A DNA stretch of 64,000 bases from a bacterium (lineage in GTDB: Bacteria > Omnitrophota > Gorgyraeia > Zapsychrales > Zapsychraceae), in NCBI GenBank assembly GCA_030429765.1, contig JAUIER010000004.1, positions 97,131 through 161,130 of the forward strand, written 5' to 3'. The notes under the pieces were generated by a model, which saw only the letters and a program-made list of their open reading frames with translations, was not told where the DNA came from and did not search any database. A program made the translations under genes and the position numbers. This document shows, one piece after another, positions 10,056-20,704 of this stretch. Each line of letters opens with the position of its first letter. The stretch's first letter is position 1.

Positions 10056-10095
10056 AAAAAAAGCGCGCCGGCCTGGTATGGTTCGACGCGCTTTT
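10054..10095 (-). terminator. Intrinsic terminator, probably bidirectional, between convergent murB and the coiled-coil gene
   Basis: A9-GCGCGCCG...CGACGCGC-TTTT inverted repeat; U9 tail on the minus strand. Confidence 0.7.
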
Positions 10096-10112
10096 GACAA
10101 ATACGTCCGATC

Positions 10113-11069
10113 CTAGTTATTGACCCGCTCCTCCAACAACATCCGCTGGGTGTCATAGAAATCATCCTGCATCCGCAGAAATTCCGAGCGCTCTTCCTCC
10201 AACGCCTGGATCAACGATCTTTCTTCTTGGTTATGAAATTCGATGGCCTTACGTAGTTCCTGCAACTTGGCCTTACGACGGTTGTAGATATTCAGGAAGG
10301 CATCGTATGACTCTTTTTCTTTTTGATACAGCATCTTGCGTTTCATTTCCAGCGCGCCATGCTTCTGGTTCAATTTCGCCAGCTCTTCCTCCATGCGGCG
10401 TTTTTCCGCTTCATATTTGGCACGGGCGGCATCACGTTCTTTCTGCAGCCGCATGCGCTCTTCCGAAAACTCCTGATTGGCCCGATCACGTTCCTGCTGA
10501 AACTGAATTCGGGCTTGTGCCTGCTCATCCATAAATTGCCGTCGCTCTTCGTCCATCTGTGTTTTGACAGCCTGCCGTTCTTTCGCTAACTCCTGCTCTA
10601 GCTGACTTCGCTCCACTGAAAATTGGTTGCGTAATTCGCTTTGTTCAGCCATCAGGCGCTGACGTTCATCTTCCATGCTGGCCCTAAGCTCTCGTTCTTC
10701 GTCCGCCAGGCGCTCCTTGATGGATTTGACCTGAGCTTCATATTCTGACTGCAACTGCGCATTCTTTTGCTGCTGGTCGTTGACGCGCCGGGTCCATTCC
10801 CGGTTCTCGGCCTTGAGCTTGCGGAAATCCTCGCGAAGTTTATTGTTCTCAAGATAAAGCTCACGGTTAAGCTCGCGCGCGCTGCGATAGTTGCGTCGAA
10901 GCCTGGCGTTGTCTTCCAGGACCTGATCCTCCAGAATGGCCTGAGCCCCGCGGTATTCGCGTATTTGTTTTTGGTAAATGGATTGGTCGGCGTGCGCCTG
11001 GCTGATAAAAAATGGAACAGCCAGACAGACCAAAGTGGTGAACAATGACATTCGACAGAGCTGATTCAT
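10113..11069 (-). CDS. Secreted long coiled-coil protein of unknown function
   Basis: Start ATG 11069 after AGGA; signal peptide ending in AHA; the rest is an E/Q/R/K-rich, proline-free helix. Confidence 0.7.
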   Translation of the reverse strand: MNQLCRMSLFTTLVCLAVPFFISQAHADQSIYQKQIREYRGAQAILEDQVLEDNARLRRNYRSARELNRELYLENNKLREDFRKLKAENREWTRRVNDQQQKNAQLQSEYEAQVKSIKERLADEERELRASMEDERQRLMAEQSELRNQFSVERSQLEQELAKERQAVKTQMDEERRQFMDEQAQARIQFQQERDRANQEFSEERMRLQKERDAARAKYEAEKRRMEEELAKLNQKHGALEMKRKMLYQKEKESYDAFLNIYNRRKAKLQELRKAIEFHNQEERSLIQALEEERSEFLRMQDDFYDTQRMLLEERVNN

Positions 11070-11207
11070 AGCGAGATCCTTTCCCAAAGGTGTTATTGAT
11101 TCTAGTACTATATCACAATTCGACTGATCCAGCAAAAAGTTAATTTTTCTGTAAAACAATGTATTTCTTATACTTACATCACTCTAAATATCCGATCCCC
11201 CGAGAAA

Positions 11208-12221
11208 CTATCCACCGATCTGGAACATTTCCATTTTATCATCTTCCTGTGAGGTTGACTTAGATCGCCGTTCCTGCGAATAACGATCGCGCCGTCGGGA
11301 CCAAATGCCGGCGATTCGCGCCTTCAACTCGCCGTCAGGAATACTGTCACTTAAGAATTCTCGGATGCTATGACCATCACTGGCAAATAGGCATGTCACC
11401 ACCCGTCCGTCGGCCGTTAACCGCACACGGGTGCATGAATCACAAAACGGTTGACTGATCGATGAGATAAATCCAATCTCGGCACTGCCGTCTAGCAAAG
11501 TGTAGCGCTTGGCCACTTCTCCAAAGTAATTCTCATCAACCGCCCTCAACGGATAAACTTGCGACACACGCCGCAAGAGTTCTTTGGATGGCACCACATA
11601 GTCGCTCTGCCAGTGATTACACGTGCCGACATCCATATACTCGATAAACCGGACGATGTGCCCCGAACCGCGAAAATGCTCGATCAAATCAATCACCTGA
11701 TGATCATTGACGCCACGCTGAACCACAACATTTATCTTGAGGTTCGAGAAGCCCGCTAATTCCGCGGCTTTAATGCCATCGAGCACCTGTCGAGAAGTTC
11801 CGCGATGTCCGCTCATCGACCGAAACACGCGGGCATCCAGCGCATCCAGACTCACCGTCAATCTCTTGAGCCCGGCGGCAAACAGATCCCCAGCATAATC
11901 CGACAATAACGCCCCATTTGTCGTTAAGGCCAGATCCTCGACATACGGCTGCGCCGATAACTCCTGGATCAGGCCCGGCAATCCCGGCCGCAGCAACGGT
12001 TCTCCGCCGGTGATACGGTATTTGCGAACTCCTAGCTCCCCAAAGATTCGACTGACTCTCAGAATCTGCTCAAAGCTCATCCATTGATCATTTTTCATGA
12101 ACGAATACGACTGACCTTCCCCCTCGGGCATACAGTAGCTGCAACGAAAATTACATCGGTCGATGACTGAAATTCGCAAGTCATGAATGGGACGATTTAA
12201 TTGATCGACGGTACGCGTCAC
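11208..12221 (-). CDS. moaA: GTP 3',8-cyclase (molybdenum cofactor biosynthesis)
   Basis: LRISVIDRCNFRCSYCMP, RITGGEPLLR, RFIEYM, FCDSCTRVRLTADG..TCLF and C-terminal IGG. GTG start overlaps the sufU stop. Confidence 0.96.
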   Translation of the reverse strand: MTRTVDQLNRPIHDLRISVIDRCNFRCSYCMPEGEGQSYSFMKNDQWMSFEQILRVSRIFGELGVRKYRITGGEPLLRPGLPGLIQELSAQPYVEDLALTTNGALLSDYAGDLFAAGLKRLTVSLDALDARVFRSMSGHRGTSRQVLDGIKAAELAGFSNLKINVVVQRGVNDHQVIDLIEHFRGSGHIVRFIEYMDVGTCNHWQSDYVVPSKELLRRVSQVYPLRAVDENYFGEVAKRYTLLDGSAEIGFISSISQPFCDSCTRVRLTADGRVVTCLFASDGHSIREFLSDSIPDGELKARIAGIWSRRRDRYSQERRSKSTSQEDDKMEMFQIGG

Positions 12222-12688
12222 GCCGAGTTCTCCGTACTGGTTATCGTTGATTGATTATTGATCGCATTGGCTGCTGTCTTCCATGGCAGCGTAGCGCAAT
12301 GCACACGTGACGGGTACTCCCGTATTCCAGCAAAGATTCTGAGTGCGTCAGGGATACGGACGTCTGACAATCTGACCTTTGGATCAACCAGTTTAAGAAA
12401 CGATTGCAGAACGTCATCAAAGACCTCAACGGACTGTTCTTTGAGCGCCTCGGTCATCAACGACGCCGACGCCTTACACACCGCGCAGCAGTCTCCGTCA
12501 AAGTGGAAACTCCTGATCGTATTGTCCGTGATCAATAAATAAAGATGTATGTGATCGCCGCAGATTGGATTGTAACCTTCGGCATGATGTGACGCATTCT
12601 CGAGCGGACCAAAATTCTTCGGCGCCCGGCTGTGTTCGATAATTGTCTGCTGATACAACTGCGTGTCCGGATCTGGCATGACGTTCAC
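12218..12688 (-). CDS. sufU: SufU / NifU-like sulfur-transfer scaffold
   Basis: LYQ..IIEH...PKNFG, NPICGD, CAVCKASAS and RVHCATLPW motifs. Confidence 0.9.
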   Translation of the reverse strand: MNVMPDPDTQLYQQTIIEHSRAPKNFGPLENASHHAEGYNPICGDHIHLYLLITDNTIRSFHFDGDCCAVCKASASLMTEALKEQSVEVFDDVLQSFLKLVDPKVRLSDVRIPDALRIFAGIREYPSRVHCATLPWKTAANAINNQSTITSTENSA

Positions 12689-13920
12689 CGGAAGAGTTCA
12701 ATGGATTTCTGCACCGCCCGCACAAATCGATCGACGTCGTCTCTCGTGTTGTAGATCGAAAAGGACGCCCGTGACGTCGCGCTGATCCCAAAATGGTCCA
12801 TGACCGGCTGGGTGCAATGATGCCCTGTCCGAATCGCCACACCTTCCTCATCGACGAGGGTTCCCATGTCATGGGCGTGCACATCTTCGTGAATAAATGA
12901 CAAAATCGCCGTTTTGGATTGGGCCGTCCCGATGATACGGATTCCGTCGATCTTGGATAGTTCAGCGGTGGCATAGGCCAATACATCGGCCCGATGCGCG
13001 TGCGTATTGGCCAATCCCAAATCCTGCACATACTGTACCGCCCGACCCAAACCGATAAAACCGGCGATGTTAGGCGTACCGGCCTCAAATTTGTAGGGCA
13101 GCGTGTTATAAACAGTCTTGTCAAAAGTGACGGACCGGATCATATCACCCCCGCCCCGGTAGGGCGGCATCTCGTTAAGCCATTTGGCCTTTCCGTACAG
13201 CACACCGGTGCCCGTCGGACCAAATAACTTGTGCCCCGAAAAGGCCAGGAAATCACAATTCAGCTTCTGAACATCGATCGGGAAATAACTGACCGCCTGC
13301 GCGGCATCCAACAAAACCGGCACTTGCCTGGCATGAGCGAGCTCTATGATTTTCTCGACAGGATTGATCGTCCCCAAAGAATTCGACACATAGACGACCG
13401 AGACCAGTCGAGTCCGCTCATTGAGCAGCTTCTGAAAAGTCTCCAGACACAGCTCACCTCGATCATTGAACGGGACGACCTTAAGAACACATCCGCGCTC
13501 TTCGCATAACATCTGCCACGGGACAATGTTGGAGTGATGCTCCATCTCCGTGATCAGGATCTCGTCGCCTTCCTCCACAAACCGTCGGCCATAGCACTGA
13601 GCCACAAGATTAATCGCGTCAGTGGTCCCGCTGGTGAAGATAATCTCCTCCAGCGCCGGTGCGTTGATAAATGACTGGATACGCTCCCTCGCCCCTTCAT
13701 AGGCCGACGTCGCGCGCTCACTAAGCGTGTGGACACCGCGGTGCACATTGGCGGTTTCCGCTGAATAATGATGGCAAACCGCGTCGATGACACACTGAGG
13801 CTTTAATGTCGTCGCGCCATTGTCCAGATAGACCAATGGATGACCGTTTATCTCGACGGCGAGGTTCGGAAAATCACTCCGAACCTTGTCGATATCAAAC
13901 TGTACGGTTGATGAACTCAT
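12685..13920 (-). CDS. sufS: Cysteine desulfurase SufS
   Basis: YLDNGATT, EHHSNIVPW, FSGHK, FEAGTP and RTGHHC motifs. Confidence 0.96.
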   Translation of the reverse strand: MSSSTVQFDIDKVRSDFPNLAVEINGHPLVYLDNGATTLKPQCVIDAVCHHYSAETANVHRGVHTLSERATSAYEGARERIQSFINAPALEEIIFTSGTTDAINLVAQCYGRRFVEEGDEILITEMEHHSNIVPWQMLCEERGCVLKVVPFNDRGELCLETFQKLLNERTRLVSVVYVSNSLGTINPVEKIIELAHARQVPVLLDAAQAVSYFPIDVQKLNCDFLAFSGHKLFGPTGTGVLYGKAKWLNEMPPYRGGGDMIRSVTFDKTVYNTLPYKFEAGTPNIAGFIGLGRAVQYVQDLGLANTHAHRADVLAYATAELSKIDGIRIIGTAQSKTAILSFIHEDVHAHDMGTLVDEEGVAIRTGHHCTQPVMDHFGISATSRASFSIYNTRDDVDRFVRAVQKSIELFR

Positions 13921-15239
13921 TATAGTTGAGCAAATGATGGTTCGAGCAGGATATGAAGCTTGCGGTTAATCTCTTCATCCTGAATGGTGTTGAGCAAATC
14001 ATCAACAAACCCGCGGGCAAGCATCTTCTTCGCCGCCACTTTACCGATGCAGCGGGTTTGCAGATAGAATAATTCATCATCATTCAGCTGACCAATCGTC
14101 GCACCGTGGGTGCATCGCACATCATCGGCAAAGATCTCCAGCTGCGGTTTGGTATCCACCCGGCAATCCGTCCCCAGCAGCAAATTTTTGTTCAGCTGAT
14201 AAGAATTGGTTTGCTGGGCGATAGGTTTCACAAATATCTTGCCATTGAAAACCGCCCGAGCGGACTGGTTCAAAATCCCCTTGTACAGCTGATTGCTGAT
14301 ACAGTTCGGAAATCGATGATCGACGGCTGTGTGATTGTCGACATGCTGATGACCATAAAGGCAGTACAAACCGTTTAGCGTCGAGTTGATCCCTTCGCCG
14401 TTCAGGACAATATCCAGATTGTTCCGGTTCAGACGGCTTCCGGTCTGGACCGAAATGCTGTCGAGGTTGGAATTTTGTTCCTGCCACACGCGCGTATTGT
14501 TAATGTGATAGGCCTTGAGACTTTCATGCTGAGCCTTGGTATAGTGAAGCGTCGCGTTTTCCGCCAGATAAATGTCAGTCAACGCGTTTGTAAAGTAGGT
14601 GATATCATCCTTAAAACTGATATGTGATTCCAGCACCGTCGCTTCGCAGGACTTACCCGCCATGATGACGGATCGAGGAAAACTCAGGGCCTCCGCGGCT
14701 GATGCACTGGTGACATGTACAATGTGAATACATTCTTTGGTTGTCGTGTTGGCATCAATCCCAATAAAAACGCCATCGTCGGTCAAGGCACTGTTGAGGG
14801 CCACAAATGTGGTGGATTCTCCCACATCATACCGGCTGATTAAATCCTGCACCCGAGATGTATTTGACTTCAACGCCTCTTTTAACGACGTGATCGTAAT
14901 TCCCGACGGAATTTTGTTCAATCTAGACAGACTGGCCGAAAAATTTCCGTTCACGAACACATAGAGGATATCGTCCGGACCGCAGTAATTCTCAAACGAC
15001 TGACTTTCCGCCAAGTCCGCCTCCGTTGACGCGGAGAACGTCTGACTGATAATGTCGTTTAGTTTGGTGTACTTCCACTCTTCGTCTTTATTGGTCGGAA
15101 CACCGATCTCTGTAAAACGGGACAGACTTTTTTGTCTCAAATCCTTGATCCATTGCACGGACTCACCCTGAACCCGTTGCTTGGCCAATTCATTAAAATT
15201 CTTGATAAACGATTGCGTTTTGATTGCTGTTTCACTCAT
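13920..15239 (-). CDS. sufD: Fe-S cluster assembly protein SufD
   Basis: EEWKYT, VFVNG, QLYKGIL, AVFNG, DTKPQLEIFADDVRCTHGATIG and FYLQTR motifs. Confidence 0.95.
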   Translation of the reverse strand: MSETAIKTQSFIKNFNELAKQRVQGESVQWIKDLRQKSLSRFTEIGVPTNKDEEWKYTKLNDIISQTFSASTEADLAESQSFENYCGPDDILYVFVNGNFSASLSRLNKIPSGITITSLKEALKSNTSRVQDLISRYDVGESTTFVALNSALTDDGVFIGIDANTTTKECIHIVHVTSASAAEALSFPRSVIMAGKSCEATVLESHISFKDDITYFTNALTDIYLAENATLHYTKAQHESLKAYHINNTRVWQEQNSNLDSISVQTGSRLNRNNLDIVLNGEGINSTLNGLYCLYGHQHVDNHTAVDHRFPNCISNQLYKGILNQSARAVFNGKIFVKPIAQQTNSYQLNKNLLLGTDCRVDTKPQLEIFADDVRCTHGATIGQLNDDELFYLQTRCIGKVAAKKMLARGFVDDLLNTIQDEEINRKLHILLEPSFAQL

Positions 15240-15281
15240 ATATCTTCCATCCTTGTCTTTTGCGCTGATATTGTCTCCGAC

Positions 15282-16040
15282 CTATTTGATCAACCAATCG
15301 TAGCCCTTTTCCTCAACCGCCAAAGCCAGCTCCTTACCCTCTGATTTGATGATCTTCCCGTTGTAAAGGATATGGACAAAGTCAGGAACAATGTAATTGA
15401 GCAGACGCTGGTAATGAGTAATCACTAACGTGGCGTTGTCCTTTCGCTTGAGTTTATTTACACCGTCGGCCACAATCTTCATCGAATCAATATCCAACCC
15501 GGAATCAGTTTCATCCAATACGGCAAAGCGCGGATTCAAAATTGCCATTTGAAGGATCTCATTACGCTTTTTCTCTCCACCAGAAAAATCCACATTCAAT
15601 GGACGCTGAGTGAACTTGTCATCCATTTCCAATAGCTTGAGCTTTTGCTCCAGGTATTCATTAAAAGCCACGGGATCCAACTCTTCAGCGCCTTGATGAC
15701 GGCAGACCTCATTGAATGCCGCCCGAAGAAATACGCTTGTGTTGACCCCCGGGATCTCGACGGGATACTGGAACGCCAAAAAGATGCCTTCTCTCGCCCG
15801 CTCTTCCGGTTCGAGGTCGAGGATATTGATCTTCTTGAAGTTGACCTCATAAATGATTTCACCCTCAGTGACTTCGTACTCCGGATGACCTGAAATAATC
15901 TTGGCCAATGTGCTTTTACCGGAACCGTTCGGCCCCATAATGGCGTGCACTTCACCCGGATTGATCGTTAGATCGATTCCCTTTAATATCTCCGTCCCAT
16001 CCGCCTCGACTTTGGCGTGCAAATTCTTAATCTCAATCAT
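15282..16040 (-). CDS. sufC: Fe-S cluster assembly ATPase SufC
   Basis: MGPNGSGKST, FQYPVEIPGV, FSGGEKKRNE, LDETDSGLDID and ITHYQRLL motifs; ATG 16040 after an AAGGAG SD. Confidence 0.96.
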   Translation of the reverse strand: MIEIKNLHAKVEADGTEILKGIDLTINPGEVHAIMGPNGSGKSTLAKIISGHPEYEVTEGEIIYEVNFKKINILDLEPEERAREGIFLAFQYPVEIPGVNTSVFLRAAFNEVCRHQGAEELDPVAFNEYLEQKLKLLEMDDKFTQRPLNVDFSGGEKKRNEILQMAILNPRFAVLDETDSGLDIDSMKIVADGVNKLKRKDNATLVITHYQRLLNYIVPDFVHILYNGKIIKSEGKELALAVEEKGYDWLIK

Positions 16041-16093
16041 TGTATACTCCTTCAAATGGTTTGATCTTTATTTTCCAGACTGGAATATGCGAT

Positions 16094-17569
16094 CTATCCG
16101 ACGCTGCCTTCCAGTTTCATTTCCAATAACTTAACGGCCTCGACCGCAAATTCAAGCGGAAGCTCTTTGAATACTTCCTTACAAAATCCGTTAATGATCA
16201 GCGATATCGCCGCCTCCATATCCAACCCTCGACTGGTCAGATAGAACAACTGTTCGGCATTGATCTTGGATGTCGACGCCTCATGCTCCATCGTGGCTGA
16301 ATTATTGTTGATCTCTATGTAGGGAAACGTGTTGGCTGAACACTTGTTACCGACCAGCATCGAATCACATTGAGAATAGTTCCGCGCGTTGTCCGCCGAC
16401 GGCTGGACCTTGACAAGCCCACGGTACGTGTTATTCGATTCATCGGTTGAAATCCCTTTGGATACAATCGTACTCGTTGTATTTTTGCCGATATGAATCA
16501 TCTTGGTGCCCGTATCCGCCTCCATCCGATGATTGGTGAGCGCCACGGAATAAAATTCGCCGATCGATTCATCACCCTTGAGGATGACACTCGGGTACTT
16601 CCATGTGATAGCCGACCCGGCTTCAACCTGCGTCCATGAAATCTTTGACCGGCGGCCGCGGCAATTTCCGCGTTTGGTAACGAAGTTGTAAATCCCGCCT
16701 TTTCCTTCCTTGTCACCGGAGTACCAATTCTGCACCGTCGAATACTTGATCTCAGCGTTATCCAATGCCACCAGCTCGACCACCGCTGCATGCAGCTGAT
16801 TTTCATCCCGCATCGGGGCCGTACACCCTTCGAGGTAGCTCACATAGCTCCCTTCTTCGGCGACAATCAGGGTCCGCTCAAACTGACCGGTCCCGGCTGA
16901 ATTGATCCGGAAATATGTCGATAATTCCAACGGACAGCGGACCCCTTTGGGAATGTAGCAGAACGAGCCGTCACTAAACACCGCGGAATTCAGCGTCGCG
17001 AAGAAATTATCGGTGTAGGGAACCACCGAGCCGATGTACTTCTTAACCAGCTCCGGGTGATTCTCAATCGCTTCGGTCATTGAACAGAATATAACCCCCA
17101 CCTTCTCCAGTTCAGACTGATGCGTGGTTCCGACAGAAACACTGTCAAACACCGCGTCCACGGCCACCCCGGTCAACCGTTTTTGTTCGCTCAACGGAAT
17201 CCCCAGGCGTTCAAAAGTCTTGATCAACTCCGGATCAACTTCATCCAGACTCTTTGGACCTTCCGACGCGGCTTTCGGCGCCGTGTAGTAACTCAAGGCC
17301 TGATAATCAATCGGACCGTACTTGAAGTTCGGCCATTGTGGCTCTTTCAACGTCAACCAGTGGCGATAGGCCTTCAGCCGCCACTCGCGCATCCAGTCAG
17401 GCTCTTTTTTCTTGTCACAAATCATATTGATGACATCTTCGTTCAAGCCCGCCGGGATCCGGTCGGTCTCGATGTCCGTATAAAATCCGTATTTGTATTC
17501 TCTCGACGATAACGCGTTTTCTTCGATCGTCTTTTCGTTCAGCATTTTATCTTCAACAGCTTTGTTCAT
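16094..17569 (-). CDS. sufB: Fe-S cluster assembly protein SufB
   Basis: [46 protein letters not shown] and HEASTS motifs. Confidence 0.97.
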   Translation of the reverse strand: MNKAVEDKMLNEKTIEENALSSREYKYGFYTDIETDRIPAGLNEDVINMICDKKKEPDWMREWRLKAYRHWLTLKEPQWPNFKYGPIDYQALSYYTAPKAASEGPKSLDEVDPELIKTFERLGIPLSEQKRLTGVAVDAVFDSVSVGTTHQSELEKVGVIFCSMTEAIENHPELVKKYIGSVVPYTDNFFATLNSAVFSDGSFCYIPKGVRCPLELSTYFRINSAGTGQFERTLIVAEEGSYVSYLEGCTAPMRDENQLHAAVVELVALDNAEIKYSTVQNWYSGDKEGKGGIYNFVTKRGNCRGRRSKISWTQVEAGSAITWKYPSVILKGDESIGEFYSVALTNHRMEADTGTKMIHIGKNTTSTIVSKGISTDESNNTYRGLVKVQPSADNARNYSQCDSMLVGNKCSANTFPYIEINNNSATMEHEASTSKINAEQLFYLTSRGLDMEAAISLIINGFCKEVFKELPLEFAVEAVKLLEMKLEGSVG

Positions 17570-17583
17570 TGGATTGTCCTTGG

Positions 17584-18051
17584 TCAGTTAGAGTTGATTT
17601 CTTCCAGCGATTTCTTGGCTCTAATGTTTTTCTCTTGAGAGTGTTTCGATTTTATCAAATCACCTATCATTATGGAACGGAAAAGTTTATTGAGGTTTTC
17701 ATTGAGATTCAGCATCGGCGAAATGATATGGCACGTTGATGAAATTTCACAATTCGAATAATCTCCATGAAAACAATTGGCGATCTCAATCGGCCCGATA
17801 ATCATCTTCGACAACTCATGCATCGAGATCGTGTTTAAATCTTTGATGATCTGATACCCGCCCTTGGCCCCTTGCTCCGCCTGCAGGATCTCATTCTGGG
17901 TCATGATCTGCAGGACACGGGATGTCGGATCGAATGGCGTATGGTAAACATCACAGACTTCCTTGGCCGACGTGAGCTGTCCGGGACTCTTCATGCTCAT
18001 ATGCTTGAGGGCAATCAGCGCGTACTCAATTTTCCGGTTTATCTTGAACAT
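17584..18051 (-). CDS. Rrf2-family transcriptional regulator with three Cys (IscR/SufR-like)
   Basis: EYALIAL, QGAKGGY and C-x7-C-x5-C; ATG 18051 after a GAGGAG SD; directly upstream of sufB. Confidence 0.85.
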   Translation of the reverse strand: MFKINRKIEYALIALKHMSMKSPGQLTSAKEVCDVYHTPFDPTSRVLQIMTQNEILQAEQGAKGGYQIIKDLNTISMHELSKMIIGPIEIANCFHGDYSNCEISSTCHIISPMLNLNENLNKLFRSIMIGDLIKSKHSQEKNIRAKKSLEEINSN

Positions 18052-18096
18052 GGTTTGCTCCTCGAAGATCGGCGCCGCCGACAAAATGGCAATCGT

Positions 18097-18450
18097 CTAA
18101 TTTTTCAAATCCACATGCAGTTCGTTGATCTTAGCGGCCAGAATAAAATCATTTTCAGATAACCCGCCGATGGCATGTGTACTCAACACAATTTCCAGAT
18201 TCCGGTAACCGGTCAAATGCAAGTCTGGATGATGATCGTCAGCTTGGGCCACATACCCGATCTTGGTCATAAACTCAATCGCGGCCATAAAGTCACGCGT
18301 CTGATACTTTCGACTGATCAGCTTGCCCGCACCGTCAATGTCCCAACCAGGTGTTTGACGGCTCAGCGTCTCCGCCGCCTCCCGGTCCAAAGGTGAGACG
18401 CCTCCCTCGCAGGGTTGGCATTTTCGTTTGGATAAAGCGGTATCATTCAT
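18097..18450 (-). CDS. phhB: Pterin-4a-carbinolamine dehydratase (COG2154)
   Basis: CQPCEGG, DHHPD and THAIGGLSENDFILAAKI motifs. Confidence 0.9.
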   Translation of the reverse strand: MNDTALSKRKCQPCEGGVSPLDREAAETLSRQTPGWDIDGAGKLISRKYQTRDFMAAIEFMTKIGYVAQADDHHPDLHLTGYRNLEIVLSTHAIGGLSENDFILAAKINELHVDLKN

Positions 18451-18467
18451 ATGTGTTTCCTATTCAA

Positions 18468-19037
18468 TTAGAATACCTCGGCGAGCTCGACGACGATATC
18501 CGGATTATACTGATCTTTTAAGATGTTTTCGATCGCCTTCATCGTCCCCATCGAGGCGCTAGGACAGGATCCGCATGCCCCTTGGTAAAAAACCTTCAGG
18601 ACATTGTTTTCGTAACTCGTCAGCTGGATATCCCCCCCGTCCATCTGTAAGGCGGGACGAACAGTCTGATCCAGAATCGAATTGATCTGATCCATCTCAG
18701 GTGAGGATTTAATCTCGGCTGAAGCCTCGGCCTTGGGCTCTTCGGTCTTGAAGTTCGGATCATGCTGCTCAATATTTGACATGATGGTCGCCTTGATCTT
18801 TTCCTCCAACTCATCCCAATCGGCCTTTCCGTCTTGCGTTACCGTGATGTAATTGTCGTAAAAATAAACTTCCGTGATGAAACTGCTGATATCAAATATG
18901 GCCTTGGCCAGCGGATTATGTTCACAATCGCTTCCCTTTTTGTACGTGAAATTACCTTCGGTCTTGACCGGGACATTCACCACAAACTTTAGCGCGTTCG
19001 GATTGGGCGTGCTTTGAATCATCAATCGGATTTCCAT
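18468..19037 (-). CDS. NFU1/NfuA-type Fe-S carrier (NifU-N scaffold domain plus Nfu domain)
   Basis: TPNPNALKF N-terminal domain; VRPALQMDGGD and GACGSCPSA; ATG 19037 after GGAG. Confidence 0.9.
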   Translation of the reverse strand: MEIRLMIQSTPNPNALKFVVNVPVKTEGNFTYKKGSDCEHNPLAKAIFDISSFITEVYFYDNYITVTQDGKADWDELEEKIKATIMSNIEQHDPNFKTEEPKAEASAEIKSSPEMDQINSILDQTVRPALQMDGGDIQLTSYENNVLKVFYQGACGSCPSASMGTMKAIENILKDQYNPDIVVELAEVF

Positions 19038-19086
19038 ATTTGACTCCGTCTTTTGTATCGATTGTTGAACTGATATATACTTCAAA

Positions 19087-19135
19087 AAAAAACTTATTTG
19101 GTCTTTAATTGTACACGGTTTTGAGGGTAAATCAA
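19087..19135 (-). promoter_or_regulatory. Probable promoter of the nfu-suf operon with a possible Rrf2 operator
   Basis: Minus-strand TTGATT-16-TACAAT (19135-19108), followed by the imperfect palindrome TAAAGAC-N7-GTTTTTT. Confidence 0.4.
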
Positions 19136-19206
19136 GCATTTTTCAGCTGTCCGCCGTCATTCGCCCGACCCGGCATCTGAATCATAAACTACTGAAATAT
19201 ATTGCT

Positions 19207-20403
19207 TTATGCAATCTCATACTGATCAAGCAACATCTCGGCAAACGCTAAGCTGCACGTAAACGCCGGTGAAACCGCATTCAGCAGATGGACACTCGAC
19301 TTGTCCGCTTCCACCACGAAATCCTGGACCAATTTACGGGTCTTGGTATCCAGCAGCTGCGCCCGAATCCCCGGCTGCGTGTACTCAGTAAATCCATCCG
19401 GATCGATCTGCTCGACCATGGCCTGAGCCAACCCGACAAAATACCGCTTACGATACTTGCGCATCTCTTCAAACGCCAACGAACGAAATCCAAATGAATT
19501 TTGCGCGAATAACCTGACCTCCTCCATGCTGATCTTTAACATCTCGCCCAACCGGAAGTTGTCCCAAAATCCGTACTGCTCTTTCCAAAGAGCCGGAATC
19601 GCCGTTGGGCCGATCTTGATCGTACCGTCGACGGTCTTGGTGAAATGTACACCCAGAAACGGATTACGCAAGTTGGGAACCGGATATACATGCACCTTTA
19701 CGTCCGTCTTGTTCTTGGTGTACTTGAGATACAATCCTTTAAACGGGATCATGGTGTACTGCCCGCCAAAGCCAAAATCCCGGGCGATCGTATCGGCGTA
19801 TGACCCGGCACAATTGATCACCCGATCGCCTTGAAAACTTCCACGATTGGTCTCGACAGCGCCGGACTGACGACGCAGGTATTTGGTTTCAAAAAGAAAT
19901 TCCACCCCGGCCGACTCCAGCTGCTCACGCATACAACGGCATACCTGTTTGGGATCGATACTGGCCGTGTCCGGTGACCATAAGGCTTTTTCGTAGGTCT
20001 TGACGTTGGGATCGATCTCTTTGGCCTGATCGGCACCGATGATCTCGACATTCGATCCATTGCGATGCCCGCGCTTTTCGAGCTCATATAACGTATCCCG
20101 CTCATCCGCGTCCTGGGCCACCACCAGTTTGCCGCATTCATTGATATCCAGCTGATGACGTCGGCAAAATTCCTTCATGGCATGATTTCCCGCGACGGTC
20201 AACTTGGCCTTTAAACTGTCAGCCGTATAATAAAACCCGGCATGCAGCACGCCGCTGTTGCGGCTGGACGCATGAAAGGCTTCCCGGGTTTCTTTGTCAA
20301 TGATAAGCAGACTGGCATCCGGACGCCTGATCTTGATCGCCCGCGCGATAGCCATACCGACGATGCCGCTTCCGATGATTATGTAATTGTATTTCTTGGT
20401 CAT
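19207..20403 (-). CDS. lhgO: L-2-hydroxyglutarate oxidase-family FAD oxidoreductase
   Basis: IIGSGIVG, SSRNSGVLHAGFYY..SLKA, PFLGVHFT, GPTA, GIRAQ and NAVSPAFT motifs. Confidence 0.88.
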   Translation of the reverse strand: MTKKYNYIIIGSGIVGMAIARAIKIRRPDASLLIIDKETREAFHASSRNSGVLHAGFYYTADSLKAKLTVAGNHAMKEFCRRHQLDINECGKLVVAQDADERDTLYELEKRGHRNGSNVEIIGADQAKEIDPNVKTYEKALWSPDTASIDPKQVCRCMREQLESAGVEFLFETKYLRRQSGAVETNRGSFQGDRVINCAGSYADTIARDFGFGGQYTMIPFKGLYLKYTKNKTDVKVHVYPVPNLRNPFLGVHFTKTVDGTIKIGPTAIPALWKEQYGFWDNFRLGEMLKISMEEVRLFAQNSFGFRSLAFEEMRKYRKRYFVGLAQAMVEQIDPDGFTEYTQPGIRAQLLDTKTRKLVQDFVVEADKSSVHLLNAVSPAFTCSLAFAEMLLDQYEIA

Positions 20404-20464
20404 GTCGAATAAAATAAAAAAGATAAAATCGTTTACGCAAAACCGCGTCACCAAAGGAGCGTAT

Positions 20465-20704
20465 ATGTCTGATCCAGAAGTCCCCCAAAAAGCCCCGTAT
20501 GTTCAGGAAACCAACGTCGGTAAATATGCCTGGTGCTCGTGTGGCAAATCCGACAAACAGCCATTTTGCGACGGCAGCCACCGTAACACCGATATGACAC
20601 CGGTTATCGTTGAGATCGAGACAAAAAAGAATGTTGCGTGGTGCGGTTGCAAGCACACCAAAACACCGCCCTACTGCGACGGCTCGCACAAAGATCTATC
20701 ATGA
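20465..20704 (+). CDS. CDGSH iron-sulfur protein with two CDGSH domains (MiNT/CISD3-like), copy 1
   Basis: WCSCGKSDKQPFCDGSH and WCGCKHTKTPPYCDGSH; ATG 20465 after an AGGAG SD. Confidence 0.92.
   Translation: MSDPEVPQKAPYVQETNVGKYAWCSCGKSDKQPFCDGSHRNTDMTPVIVEIETKKNVAWCGCKHTKTPPYCDGSHKDLS

Noticed and set aside
16094-17569. Intein in SufB
   Set aside because: Normal length (491 aa) with continuous SufB motifs.
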